This document shows, piece by piece, positions 20,587 to 30,658 of a DNA stretch of 64,000 nt (positions are counted from its first letter, which is position 1; each line of letters starts with the position of its first letter). Under the pieces are notes generated by a model. That model saw nothing but the letters and a program-made list of their open reading frames with translations. It searched no databases and had not been told where the DNA came from. A program made the translations under genes and the position numbers. The stretch lies in assembly GCA_965197905.1 (NCBI GenBank), contig CBDAOB010000003.1, positions 320,001-384,000 on the forward strand, in the 5' to 3' direction. Source of the stretch: Candidatus Latescibacterota bacterium (GTDB lineage: Bacteria > Latescibacterota > UBA2968 > UBA8231).

Positions 20587-21132
20587 TCAGTTTCCGTTGA
20601 GGGCAGCTCGCACATACGCCAGTTCCGCCTCCCCGATGCCCATTTCAGTGAGGTTGCCAATTTGGACAAAATTGGCTTCCTCCTCGTAATCGTTGCCAAG
20701 CATCGACTCCGGCACGTGTCTAGAGGCGTGCGAATGATAAACGACTTGGAGAAAGTGTGGGTAAAGAAACTCGTACCCAGACGGCTTCGGGCCTAGATGC
20801 TCCAAGTGCATGAATCCCAGGAGTGAAATGTTGTCGACCAGCCAACCTGTTTCCTCACACACCTCGCGTCGTAGCGTTTGCTCGAGAGTCTCTTCGTCCT
20901 GCCGCCTTCCACCGGGCAAAACGTGTACGCCATCGCGGTTCCTTAGCGCGAGCACCGACTCGTTTTGCTGAACCAGGCACCGAACGGATGTCACCAACTC
21001 TTCCGGCGCTTGGTAGTTGCTCAGGAAATATCGTACCCGGAGGGGAAGAGTTCCATCAGTCCAAAGTGCTTGGGTCCCGTGAAATGGGTTCTTGCCTTGC
21101 AAGAACGATTGCAGAACGCCGTCACTCCTCAT
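20587..21132 (-). CDS. NUDIX hydrolase
   Basis: LPGGRRQDEETLEQTLRREVCEETG. Confidence 0.85.
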   Translation of the reverse strand: MRSDGVLQSFLQGKNPFHGTQALWTDGTLPLRVRYFLSNYQAPEELVTSVRCLVQQNESVLALRNRDGVHVLPGGRRQDEETLEQTLRREVCEETGWLVDNISLLGFMHLEHLGPKPSGYEFLYPHFLQVVYHSHASRHVPESMLGNDYEEEANFVQIGNLTEMGIGEAELAYVRAALNGN

Positions 21133-21192
21133 TCTTACCTGCTAATGAAGCACTCACCTGAAGATCCGGGGAGTCCCTTCAAATCTACTGGC

Positions 21193-21270
21193 GCATAACG
21201 CTCAAGAGTGTCCGAACCGGCGCAGTCGGTTTCTCCGAAGCAAAGCGCAGGCGGACACTCGATGATAGAC
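21193..21270. repeat. attC-like site
   Basis: GCATAAC..GAGTGTCCG / CGGACACTC..GATAGAC. Confidence 0.75.
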
Positions 21271-21292
21271 GACGTGAAAACGATATTGCCCT

Positions 21293-21808
21293 CTAGTTTG
21301 GCTGAAAAGACGATACCTTCTCAAGGTCCTCGTGTGTTAGTCCAGTACGTGGATCAACGTCGACAAGCAAAGTTGCGCCGCTCCTGGTCCTCGCCCACTC
21401 TTTGGCCACCTCGGTTAGCTCATCATCGAGCCATACGACAGAGGTCGACGACGGAATCTTCGAAACAGTAACCAACTTCACGAAGATCCCATCTTCGTCA
21501 CGTGGAAATTCGATAACTGGTAGCTCTGGCAAGCCTAAGATTGGGGCGAGTACCCGGTTTGCTTCATGCTCCCAGCCGGTTGCCCACACGAGTTTGAATC
21601 TCTCTCCAAGGAGTGAAAGTCTGGTCCCAAGACTTGGCGACAACAAACCCCTCTCCTTTGTATCCGTACCTCCAACGCGATGCTGCAACTCGAACCGTTG
21701 ATAGTTCGTCGGAGCCGTCTTCGCCTGCCACGGGATCAGGACACCATCAACGTCCAGAAGTAACAATGGTTTGTCGAACGACAGGGATTCTGGGTACACT
21801 CTCATCAT
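21293..21808 (-). CDS. HAD domain protein
   Basis: LLLDVDGVL, LVWATGW, VWLDD. Confidence 0.8.
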   Translation of the reverse strand: MMRVYPESLSFDKPLLLLDVDGVLIPWQAKTAPTNYQRFELQHRVGGTDTKERGLLSPSLGTRLSLLGERFKLVWATGWEHEANRVLAPILGLPELPVIEFPRDEDGIFVKLVTVSKIPSSTSVVWLDDELTEVAKEWARTRSGATLLVDVDPRTGLTHEDLEKVSSFQPN

Positions 21809-21822
21809 GCCATTCTTATGTC

Positions 21823-21911
21823 GTCTATCGTTTCGCAGTTACCGAACCTGCGAAGCAGGTTGCCAAAGGGCCAAGCCGCGTATGCGGCGCAGCGGTAAGT
21901 CTTTGTTAAAT
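21823..21911. repeat. attC-like site, family A
   Basis: TTACCG / CGGTAA arms, AACCTGCGAAGCAGGTT hairpin, GTTAAAT. Confidence 0.7.
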
Positions 21912-21990
21912 GACGTGCGGTACGAGTGGCCCAGAGCAGAGTGCCAGAGCGGCTCCTTGACACCGCCCATACCCTCTCGCCAGCATCAAC

Positions 21991-22926
21991 TCATTTAGAA
22001 GATGTGACTGCCCCCAACACGGCTCCGAGTTGTTTCGTGAGGTATGGCGATTCTTTCCTCATCTCACTTACTGACTCCATCAATGGGAAAGCAGGCGCGT
22101 GCCAGTCTCCGTGCCTGTCGTTCACCCGTCTCCCGGTCACGACTTGCGAGTCCTGAGTGTAGCTCTTGAGTCGGTCAATCCCTTCCGCAATGACGACCTT
22201 AGGAAGGGGTTTTCGTCTTCGCCGGGACCACTCCACGAGGTAATAGAGACCTCGCAGGATGTCATATTCGAAAAAGCGGGGGGAAAACGGCTTCAGCCAC
22301 TCGGGATTTACGACACTTCCATTTCCCTTCGAACAAACCAACCGGTGCTCAATCAGGTATCGCGCTCCATTGTCGAGGAATCTTGCCTCCGCATCCGTGT
22401 ACTCACGATCCGTGAAGAATAACACGGCTTCTAAGGGCGGCAGACTGGAAACGATCGAACTCTTACCCGACTTCAGATAGGAGCCCGGGTCACAGTTCAG
22501 TCCTCCATCCGAAAGTTGATGCTTCAGAAACCAATTTCTAATCCACGGCAGATCAGCCTCTACATTGCATCCACAGGCCGACAGGGTCATATAGAATACG
22601 CCCAACTCACAGTGGCAGCAGTCCATTTTTGCTTTGTCTGCTTCTGTCTGCGGAGCATCATCTTCGGTAATGACGAACTTCTGCCAAGCTCCATGCTTGA
22701 GCTGCTCCAACGCGCTGTTCACAGCTAACCGGGGAATCCGTGTCATTTCCCCCATTTCGCACAGAATTGCCAGCTGCCACCATGCCCCGTCCCATTTCCT
22801 TCTGCTCCCTTGGTCCGGTACCGAGAATGCGCCTTCGGACGAAATTACCTCAATTGCTGACTCGACTGCTTTGTCCATGTTGGTGCCTCCATTAGCGAGT
22901 ATGTTGTCGCCCTCCACCCATGTCAT
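21991..22926 (-). CDS. hypothetical protein, prenyltransferase/terpene-cyclase-like repeat fold
   Basis: WFLKHQLSDGGLNC, PRFFEYDILRGL. Confidence 0.6.
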   Translation of the reverse strand: MTWVEGDNILANGGTNMDKAVESAIEVISSEGAFSVPDQGSRRKWDGAWWQLAILCEMGEMTRIPRLAVNSALEQLKHGAWQKFVITEDDAPQTEADKAKMDCCHCELGVFYMTLSACGCNVEADLPWIRNWFLKHQLSDGGLNCDPGSYLKSGKSSIVSSLPPLEAVLFFTDREYTDAEARFLDNGARYLIEHRLVCSKGNGSVVNPEWLKPFSPRFFEYDILRGLYYLVEWSRRRRKPLPKVVIAEGIDRLKSYTQDSQVVTGRRVNDRHGDWHAPAFPLMESVSEMRKESPYLTKQLGAVLGAVTSSK

Positions 22927-23084
22927 TTAACTTCCTCCAGACGAACCATCCGTCCTGGCACGAATCCCAGATTGGTTCCATAGACGCATCAAACGTGCGG
23001 AAATTGGCGCACTGTCACAAGCGGCATCCGAACGCCTCATCCCAGCGACAGGGCCAAGGGAGATGCAGCGGCAACCGGTTACAG
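22925..23084. repeat. attC-like site, family C
   Basis: ATTTAAC TTCCTC..GACGAACC..TCCTGGCAC; homologous to ~24705 and 39261; ends GTTACAG. Confidence 0.7.
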
Positions 23085-23096
23085 GAAGAGAGACTC

Positions 23097-23462
23097 TCAA
23101 CCGTCGTTTCGGAGGAACAACGGGCGTCGAATGAACGCTGCGACACCAAAAAGAACAACCAGTACCAAATGACCCACGACGGCACCCCAACCAGCATCGT
23201 GCATCAAGTGAGTCGTGGTTGCCCCAACCATAATCGCTGCAGCCAGCAGTCCAGCGTAACCCATGGCAGGTCGAATCAAGAGGCCGATCCCAACAATGAC
23301 CTCGAGCACCCCAATGACATAGACGATATTGTCTGAGTACCCCCACGTTGCGAACATTTCAGCCCATCTTGGCTGCAAGAGCTTCTGAACGCCAGGTCCA
23401 CCAATAATCAAAGCTAGTAGCCCTTGCAGCACCCACGCTGCAATTCTCATCGGCTTATTCAT
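23097..23462 (-). CDS. DoxX family membrane protein
   Basis: WVLQGLLA..KL..F..WGY..IGVLEV..GLLI..MVGA..TH. Confidence 0.85.
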   Translation of the reverse strand: MNKPMRIAAWVLQGLLALIIGGPGVQKLLQPRWAEMFATWGYSDNIVYVIGVLEVIVGIGLLIRPAMGYAGLLAAAIMVGATTTHLMHDAGWGAVVGHLVLVVLFGVAAFIRRPLFLRNDG

Positions 23463-23522
23463 AGATCCCCTCTTTAGATAGAGCAACGATAACCGCGTCT
23501 GAATTTGGCCTTCTCTTTTCCT

Positions 23523-23610
23523 GTGTCGTTATGCCGGTTTGCGAACCACGAAGCAGCCTGCCGAAGGCCCAGCGCCGAATGGCGCGCAGCGTGAATCGCT
23601 GTAATATCTG
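23523..23610. repeat. degenerate attC-like site, family A
   Basis: CCGAAGGCCCAGCGCCGAATGGCGCGCAGC shared with ~1490, ~17840, ~25680. Confidence 0.55.
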
Positions 23611-23676
23611 ATATGGGACCAACCTCCTCATTTTTAAGGAAATCCCATATCTATCTGTCAATGATCACAGTCGGCC

Positions 23677-24525
23677 TCATTCAGCCAGCAGTTCGTCGAT
23701 GTGGTTTGACAAGGCGACTACCAAGTCCTCTGCTCCATCACGGCCAACGTGTCGCAGGCGCAATCCGCCGCTCTTTCCGATGAGGATGGATTGAGGAAGT
23801 GGACTTGCCTGAAATAGACCGCTCAGGTGACCCGATGTATCTATACCTACCCGGAATGCGTATGGATGTCGCCTGACGAAACGCTGAACTGTCTCGATGT
23901 CCTCGCCGCGATTTATGGCGACGAGAACAAAGTCATCTCTGTCCTTGTACTTCTCCTGGATCGTCACGATATCGGGCATTTGGGCAATGCATGGCACGCA
24001 CCAACTAGTCCAAAAATCTAGCAGGACGACACGACCGTTCAGGTCCTCGGAACTCAGCACAGTGCCATCCAGCAGCGAAACGTTGAACGTTCCAATCGTG
24101 GAATTGCCTTCCTCCGTTGAGATCCGAGAGACGTAGCTCGGCGCCACGAAGAGGTACACCAGAAGAAGAAACACGGCCCAGGCCCCTAGCGGAAACCGGA
24201 TGCGCTCAATCAAAAACGGCCCGGTTCGAAGCCAGAGGCCAAGCACTGTGCTCGGCAGGGCAACGCTGAGAAAGAGCAGATAGTGCTCCTGGTGTTCATC
24301 CCACATGAAAAGAGAGAGTATCAACAGGGGTAGGCAGAGTTCGGTGGCCCGTCTGTAGACTTGGCTGGGCGGCCCAGAGCCAAGAACGATACCGGCTGCC
24401 ATGGCAACTGCGGCGGTCAGGACACAAGCTAGATCCGTGCTTCCAAGAAAGCCGAACGCAACACTAACGACGATGGCGAGTAGGCACCCCAGAACCAGGG
24501 TGATGACATCTTTGAGAATGCTCAT
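23677..24525 (-). CDS. membrane-anchored TlpA-family thiol-disulfide oxidoreductase
   Basis: LLDFWTSWCVPC; N-terminal TM helices. Confidence 0.85.
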   Translation of the reverse strand: MSILKDVITLVLGCLLAIVVSVAFGFLGSTDLACVLTAAVAMAAGIVLGSGPPSQVYRRATELCLPLLILSLFMWDEHQEHYLLFLSVALPSTVLGLWLRTGPFLIERIRFPLGAWAVFLLLVYLFVAPSYVSRISTEEGNSTIGTFNVSLLDGTVLSSEDLNGRVVLLDFWTSWCVPCIAQMPDIVTIQEKYKDRDDFVLVAINRGEDIETVQRFVRRHPYAFRVGIDTSGHLSGLFQASPLPQSILIGKSGGLRLRHVGRDGAEDLVVALSNHIDELLAE

Positions 24526-24609
24526 GTAAGCGACCTCGATCTTCGGCCTGGCGGGTGGCCTTCAACCAGGGAATGTGGCGACAGCCTCGGGCTCACCGAT
24601 TCGTCGTCT

Positions 24610-24808
24610 CGCTAACTGGCAATTAAGCGGCGAAAATTCGGTATATCTCCCTTCATGCTGGAGATATACCGCGTAGATTCCGGTTTTTCTTATCCCATGT
24701 CATATATCTTCCTCAAGACGAACCGTCGGTCCTGGCACGAATCTCAGATCGTTTCCATAGATCCGAACGCCTCGTCCCAGCGACAGGCCAGGGAGCGGTG
24801 CATTATAT
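24610..24808. repeat. two tandem attC-like sites (family B then C) with no gene between them
   Basis: CGCTAAC..GGTATATCTCC / GGAGATATACC..GTCATAT followed directly by a family C repeat. Confidence 0.65.
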
Positions 24809-24847
24809 GACGTGGGACGCTTTGCGTCCAACTGAGCAAACTGTACC

Positions 24848-25609
24848 CTATTGCTTGTCGTTGCGTATCCATTTCGCAACATAATCCAACTCGTCGCTTG
24901 GTACGACGTGCCCCCCGGGAAAAAGGCGAAGAGTCGCCTCGAATCCTTCGCCGGTAAGATGATCGCGGGCTCGTTCTGAAGTAGCGACGGCGGCCCACTC
25001 GTCCTGCTCTCCGTGCAAAAATAGAAGAGAAATACGGTGGGCCGATTTCAGTGCGGATGTGTCGAACCACGCAGGCTCATATTCCGACAATCCGAAAGTA
25101 ATTGCACCTTCGAACAACTCGCTGGCGTATATGCAGGTCTGCACGGCGACGCGAGCACCCTGGGAGAATCCCAGCACGTACACATCATCGATCTCGTATC
25201 GCTGTTGTACCGCGCTCACGGCTCCCGGCAGGGATTCGGTAACCATCAATCGCCTGGCTTTTTCCTGCAAAGCGGCATCCCCTTTGTTGTAGAGAGTCCA
25301 GTCATATCCAAGCCCCCACTCTGACACAAACGCATACGGCGACTCCGGTAGTGCCACCAGGAAACCAGCCTCGGCCAACTGCTCCGCGGGCTCCTGAAAC
25401 TTCTCTACCGAGTTGGCGTAACCATGGAGCACCAGCGTCCGAGGCTTTTCTGGGACATAATTAGGCGGGAGTATCATTTGAATCGGCACGAGAGCCTTCG
25501 TCTCCTGCCAAAATGTCTCTGTTGCTGTCGTTGACATTACATCCTCCGCCCGGATAGCAAGTGGGATGAGCAACATCACCACAACTGCGGTGACACCCAG
25601 TTTATTCAT
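24848..25609 (-). CDS. alpha/beta hydrolase (esterase), exported
   Basis: LHG, GFSQG, HGEQD, GGH; signal peptide. Confidence 0.85.
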   Translation of the reverse strand: MNKLGVTAVVVMLLIPLAIRAEDVMSTTATETFWQETKALVPIQMILPPNYVPEKPRTLVLHGYANSVEKFQEPAEQLAEAGFLVALPESPYAFVSEWGLGYDWTLYNKGDAALQEKARRLMVTESLPGAVSAVQQRYEIDDVYVLGFSQGARVAVQTCIYASELFEGAITFGLSEYEPAWFDTSALKSAHRISLLFLHGEQDEWAAVATSERARDHLTGEGFEATLRLFPGGHVVPSDELDYVAKWIRNDKQ

Positions 25610-25635
25610 GATTCAAGCCTCTCGGTTCTTTTCCC

Positions 25636-25968
25636 ATGTCAAGTATCGCCGGTGTGCGAAGCGCGCGGCGGCTTGCCGAAAGCCCAGCGCCGAACGGCGC
25701 GCTGCGTCGAATTCCGTGATATATGAAGTGGAACATTCAGCTCTCGGAGGCGTCCAGTACTCCGTCTTGTCGAGCAGAAGAACAATATTCACCGAGTATA
25801 GACGAACCGATCCGGGCCTGAACATGGTATATCTCCGTTTACGCTGGAGATATGCCGGATGGGATCTGATTCTTCTACCTCCAGTTCATGTATCGGCTCG
25901 CGGCCACATGAACCGGCGAAGCCGGTTTGGCGAAGGAGAATGCCGAAGCCATGTGGCCGCTGTTACAC
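25636..25968. repeat. three tandem attC-like sites (A, B, A)
   Basis: Family A tail ~25670-25722; GGTATATCTCC / GGAGATATGCC at ~25825-25856; GCGGCCACATG / CATGTGGCCGC arms ending GTTACAC. Confidence 0.65.
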
Positions 25969-26007
25969 GACGTCAGTATCGCATGGATTCGACAAAGTCA
26001 TCTGTTG

Positions 26008-26574
26008 TCATCGTCTTGCTATCGAATAGAGCAACAGATCGATAACTCGTCCATGTATTGTATCCGCGTTTTCGAGCAACTGTTCCTGTGCAAACCCAAG
26101 GCGTTGGAGCAATCGGGCGCTGGGTGTGTTACCAACAGCTGAACAAGCCACCACCCGATCTCTATCTAGAACATCGAATGCATAAGCGATCAAGCGACGA
26201 CCGCAGATAGCCGCGACCCACTTGCCCTGATACTGTGCGCCAACCCAGCATTCGAGTTCGATGGCGTTCGGCTGCTCCGCGACGCTAAGGAAGGAAACCC
26301 AACCAGCAACCTTCCCTTCATAGAGCATACAGAAGGCAGGGCCCTTGCCGCTTTTGCCTTTGTCGCGGTCCTCGATGATGGTTTCCATCTCGTTCATCGA
26401 ACGAATCGCGCCAACCCAGGGTATCCACTCGTTGAGAAAATTCCGGTCAGCTTCAATCAGCGCGAAAAGCCCGACTGCGTCCTTCGGCTGCGCCGAACGT
26501 AAGCCTATCCGAGGTGTCAACTGCTCATCCAGTCGGACAGGAAATCCCATTTTAGGCTCGTGATCGACAACCAC
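26008..26574 (-). CDS. RimJ/RimL-family N-acetyltransferase
   Basis: LIEADRNFLNEWIPW..WVGAQYQGK..N..SARLLQRLGF. Confidence 0.85.
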   Translation of the reverse strand: MVVDHEPKMGFPVRLDEQLTPRIGLRSAQPKDAVGLFALIEADRNFLNEWIPWVGAIRSMNEMETIIEDRDKGKSGKGPAFCMLYEGKVAGWVSFLSVAEQPNAIELECWVGAQYQGKWVAAICGRRLIAYAFDVLDRDRVVACSAVGNTPSARLLQRLGFAQEQLLENADTIHGRVIDLLLYSIARR

Positions 26575-26594
26575 AACTCGTAACTCTTCTCTAT

Positions 26595-26667
26595 CTGGTC
26601 ATGAGTGCCCGAAACCTGCGCAGAATTTTTCTCGAAGCGAAGCGGAGGCGGGCACTCGGGGTGAGAC
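26595..26667. repeat. degenerate attC-like site
   Basis: GAGTGCCCG / CGGGCACTC arms; GTGAGAC end. Confidence 0.6.
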
Positions 26668-26676
26668 GAATGGCTT

Positions 26677-27744
26677 TCAATCACAATAGATATTGGTAAG
26701 GCTTCGTGATCGATGTGCGTTGCTCAGGACGTCCGTACTATCTGCAAACTGATCGACGCTGCCTACCAGAGGCTGCCGCTTCAACCACTCGTCGCGGATA
26801 CATGCCAAGCATGCGTCCGCAAAGCGATCGCCCCCAAGAACGCGAAAAGGGCGTTCGTGGAACAAGCGGACATCAGGATCGACGGGAGTGGTGAGGTGCA
26901 GTTCATTGTAACAACGTGCGACATATGCATATGCAGAACAAAGCGCCTCTTCGCGAGCGGCGTGGTCAATGGCCACGAGTGCCGTGTCGAGGTGCGGAGC
27001 GAGGCCAGAAGCTATACGGAGGCTTCTGAATGCGCTGCCCAGCCACTTGCTATACGGGGTATATCGCTTCTCTATAAGGAAGCAGAGCCTTATGAGATCG
27101 CGTACGATTCGAGCCGTTAGGATTTGCGAGCCTAGTTCATCACCTACTTCGGCTGTCCGGCCAACAAACGCCTCTTCCTGAGCGATCCGGCGCCACTGGC
27201 AGGCCAAGAGCCAAAGCCAGATGTCGTTTGGATACCACTTCAGTTTACTGCGAACGCGTTTCAAATCTCCCTCAGGATCGTAAAAGACCGCACCTTCTGT
27301 CACTTCCAGCAATAGCTGTTGTGGCGCAGTAAGCCAGTTTTGGGAAGTAATATCCCCTTGCGGATTGAATCCTAGATGAGATTCAAGCCATTCCTCGAGG
27401 GGTGCGACATTCACATGGTGTTGGACGGCGACCTCGTCCCAGCCAAAGCGAACAGGCCACCCATGGAACTCACTTGGCAAGCCGGAATCGATAGCTGCGC
27501 GAGTGGCGACTACCTCTGAAGCGGCGACAAAAACATGCAGCTGTGGTCCCCAGCCATGATCCGTTGACCGAGAGGTATCAAAACCTAGAACATCCGACCC
27601 TGAACCTAACCTGGCTGCGCTGTGAACTCGCTCTCCCATGAGAGGACGAACAGCTTCGATGTAGAACATCCGAGCTAAATCGACACCACTCACAAAGTCG
27701 GTGCCATCGGTGGGTGTATTGCTGGATTCAGGTCTCGAAGTCAC
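26677..27744 (-). CDS. DUF4037-type nucleotidyltransferase-like protein
   Basis: GSGSDVLGFD..STDHGWGP, PYSKWLG. Confidence 0.8.
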   Translation of the reverse strand: MTSRPESSNTPTDGTDFVSGVDLARMFYIEAVRPLMGERVHSAARLGSGSDVLGFDTSRSTDHGWGPQLHVFVAASEVVATRAAIDSGLPSEFHGWPVRFGWDEVAVQHHVNVAPLEEWLESHLGFNPQGDITSQNWLTAPQQLLLEVTEGAVFYDPEGDLKRVRSKLKWYPNDIWLWLLACQWRRIAQEEAFVGRTAEVGDELGSQILTARIVRDLIRLCFLIEKRYTPYSKWLGSAFRSLRIASGLAPHLDTALVAIDHAAREEALCSAYAYVARCYNELHLTTPVDPDVRLFHERPFRVLGGDRFADACLACIRDEWLKRQPLVGSVDQFADSTDVLSNAHRSRSLTNIYCD

Positions 27745-27761
27745 TTCTTATAGCGCCGTTC

Positions 27762-27898
27762 GTCTAACGTTCTCTGTGACCCGAACCGCGAACGCGGTTG
27801 CGCGAAGGGCCCGAAGTCGGGCAACGGACGTGTCAATGACGAGGGGTTGCCCGAAGGACCAAGGAGCGTCAGCGTAGCGCAACACCGCGGTGTTATGT
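27762..27898. repeat. attC-like site, family A (possibly composite)
   Basis: GTCTAAC..GAACCGCGAACGCGGTTGCGCGAAGGG..GTTATGT. Confidence 0.75.
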
Positions 27899-27942
27899 GG
27901 ACTCACACGAGCAGAAAAGCATGTATGTGCTGAATCTTCCGC

Positions 27943-28494
27943 TCATGCCGAAATACTTTGCCGCTTCGATTCAATTGCTGGTTTGGTGGCCTCGTACGCG
28001 GAATCCGTCAACTGGTTTCTGGATCGTTCGACTTTTCGCTCGAAGACATCGAGCTCGTCATGCGTAAATTCAAGCCTCGGCATAAACTCGAGGTAGTTTG
28101 CCACCTCCATTTCAATGAGGTCGCGCAGTTCAGCTTGGGTAACTGGAATCTCCTCGTTAGTTGCCCGGTTACTAAGTTTCGCATCACCATCTCCCAGAGC
28201 CTCAAAGAAGCCTGCGCGAATGGTCATGCTGAACAGGAACGCTAAACGCTCTGCTCGTTCCCCAATCACCTCGCGGATACGTTGACGATCATCGAGTGAA
28301 GCCGATTCCGTCTCGTAGGATTGCGTGCCATAGATGCTGTGAAACAGCCCACTCACGCAAACGGCCTTATCATTGCCCCAGGTCTTGAGGTAGCCATGAG
28401 TTCCTTGTAGATGATCCAATAAGGCCCCGCCGCTGTGCGGGTTCTTCTCAGTATTCAGCTCATGTAGCAGCTGCAAGTGACTCTGATCAATCAT
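27943..28494 (-). CDS. HD-like hypothetical protein (DUF6817-like)
   Basis: HSGG.LLDHL.GT..GLFHSIYGT..IGERAERL. Confidence 0.7.
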   Translation of the reverse strand: MIDQSHLQLLHELNTEKNPHSGGALLDHLQGTHGYLKTWGNDKAVCVSGLFHSIYGTQSYETESASLDDRQRIREVIGERAERLAFLFSMTIRAGFFEALGDGDAKLSNRATNEEIPVTQAELRDLIEMEVANYLEFMPRLEFTHDELDVFERKVERSRNQLTDSAYEATKPAIESKRQSISA

Positions 28495-28536
28495 GATTCG
28501 CCCTTCCCGATTCGTGGAAGACTATATCCATGGGAG

Positions 28537-29446
28537 TCATAACGTTGCCACCGTTCCCCAACCGCGAATGCGGTTGCGCGAAGGGTGCATGGCCGAAGCC
28601 GGGTAGGGTCGAGGACTGGCGCGCCAGCATTAGGGTCCGGTGGGTACTCCATCACTTTCGCAATGGCCCTCAGTCCGGCTCCCATCGTCACGTTTCCAGC
28701 CCCCGCCGCTTCAAACCGTACGTGAGGTTCTCCCTCATACGGCTTACCGACAACCTTCAGCTTGTAGCATGCGAGACTTGGATTGTTCGGCCCATCACGA
28801 CCGACCACATGCGACCAGGGCCGAATAATCTACCTCTCTTGGCAGTCAAGCATAGCCTGCGCAGGAGTTATCGTGATTTGTGAAGTGGTGTGGTTGGCCC
28901 TCTCGGGCATGCACCGTCACTTACCTCCTCGCTGGGCATGGTTGAAGCAGGGATCCTTCCCTCCGACCGAGTTATGTTGTCTCGATCATCCACGGTAGTA
29001 TGACCCCCTCCGACTTCTCATGGGACATCTTCCCGGATTTCACCTTCCGGCTTATACCAGAAATTACAGCGGATGTGGGCCGCTGATCCCATGAGATCTC
29101 CCTTGTTCCACCACTGACTGTCCCCACATTCCACTCCCTCTACGCCGGAGAGTCCTTCGAGGTTGCACGTCCAGATTCTTCACCTCTTCCGTGGCCTTCG
29201 CCCTCCGTGCCCTGGGCTCGGCTCTCTCTGGTCCCTTTCGGGTTAACATTACGACGCGGCAGGATTCCCTTGATGGTACGGACTATGGGGTTGCACCTCG
29301 TTCACAGAGGGATACACCGCTTCAGCACCTCCAGTCACCCGGAAGCACTGGGCGCCTGCTATGGGGCTCTCTGGTGATTACCCCAACCGGACTTTCACCG
29401 GTAAGTCAATGGCAGCTTGCAAGGCACACGCACGGTCGTGTTAGCC
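28537..29446. repeat. attC-like site split by a group II intron
   Basis: Removing 28603-29429 restores GGCTAACACGACCGTGC|CCGGCTTCGG..GTTATGA, matching intact family A sites. Confidence 0.8.
28603..29429 (-). ncRNA. ORF-less group II intron (~827 nt)
   Basis: 5' GTGTG; domain V AAGCCGTATGAGGGAGAACCTCACGTACGGTTT (28745-28713); long domain VI; 3' end CCCTAC; no RT ORF. Confidence 0.85.
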
Positions 29447-29475
29447 GAAGGCAAAATTGCAATTCATAGGCGCCG

Positions 29476-30507
29476 TCATGACAGCGCATCCTGGATTACG
29501 GTCGCTTCGTTAAGCCAAAAGCGCATGAAACGAACGACCCGGTCGCACTCCGCCATCTCCTCCTCACTTGCTGGCACTTGAGCCCCGCCAGCTGTTGGCC
29601 ACATAGCAGCACAAATGTATGGAAACAGCTCTATCTCCCTTTGGCTCAGTGGGGGTCCTTCCTGGAGATAGCAGTTAACCCAGTGCGCAACGTCGCTTAC
29701 AACTGGTATTTCAGTGCGTTGCCACGTGAAGCCGTCGTAATCCTCAACGAGAGGACCCCATCCAAGCCCAATGTCGATGGCACGAGCGACGTCCTGTATC
29801 CTTGGCGCTAACCTGGCCGTGTCCCAGTCGATCACGCCAACGACGGCATCACCGTCATAGCGACAGTGGTACTGACAGAACTCGCCGTGCACTGGCACGT
29901 GGGGTAACGTGAACCAGTCCTCCAGAATCAGAAATGACCTGATATTGAAAAGGATCTCACGCATCTCATCTATGCACTCGAGTACAATCTGCCGGCTTGA
30001 GGTCGAAATCTGACTGTCTCTCAGATACCCCCGCCCATTGTGGTTGAAGGCCTGGGAATACTCGAATCCCTCGTCGCAGTCCCAGTAACATTTGCCTAGG
30101 CCGCAAGCGACACTCGCCTCGCGATGAAACCACCCTTAAGCGGCGGCACAGGTATCGCATTGTTTCGGTCTTCTTCGTGGGTCAAAGGGCTCCCCAACCC
30201 ACTCCACCACAAAAGCGCCAAGATCGTTTCGATCCCAGACCACATCACCCTCGACAGTACGTAACACGGCAGGGATTGGATACCCGATCTCGTGGAGATA
30301 CCACTGAAGGTCAAATTTGAAACTCGTATCCGAGTCGAACACACCGGTCCATCCGGTCTTCGCAATGTAACGCTGAGAGCCTACAGAAAAACCGATCACA
30401 TGCTCGTGGCGTGGTCTGAACACATGAATGTCGTGAGGTTCGCCTTGCAGACCATAGGCGGCGACGAGTGTGTCCACTATTTCGGCCGCAGCCGAATCCG
30501 TTGTCAT
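29476..30507 (-). pseudogene. aminoglycoside phosphotransferase/homoserine kinase-like protein, frameshifted
   Basis: VHGEF..GVIDWD; N-terminal half in a separate ORF. Confidence 0.75.
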
Positions 30508-30552
30508 GCCAACGCTACTTTTGTGGCGATGTCCCTAACAAAAATTGCTCTC

Positions 30553-30645
30553 GGCTAACGTTCTCGCCGTGCCCGAACCGCGAAGCGGTTGCGCGAAGGG
30601 CGAGCCCCGAATCGCTAACAATAAGCGAGTTGCGGACTAACTGAA
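30553..30645. repeat. attC-like site, family A
   Basis: GGCTAACGTTCTCGCCGTGCCCGAACCGCGAAGCGGTTGCGCGAAGGG. Confidence 0.7.
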
Positions 30646-30658
30646 TCCGGGTCAGGGA

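Noticed and set aside
28491..29469. Short ORFs inside the intron as a maturase
   Set aside because: No RT motifs (no YADD); they are translations of structured RNA domains.
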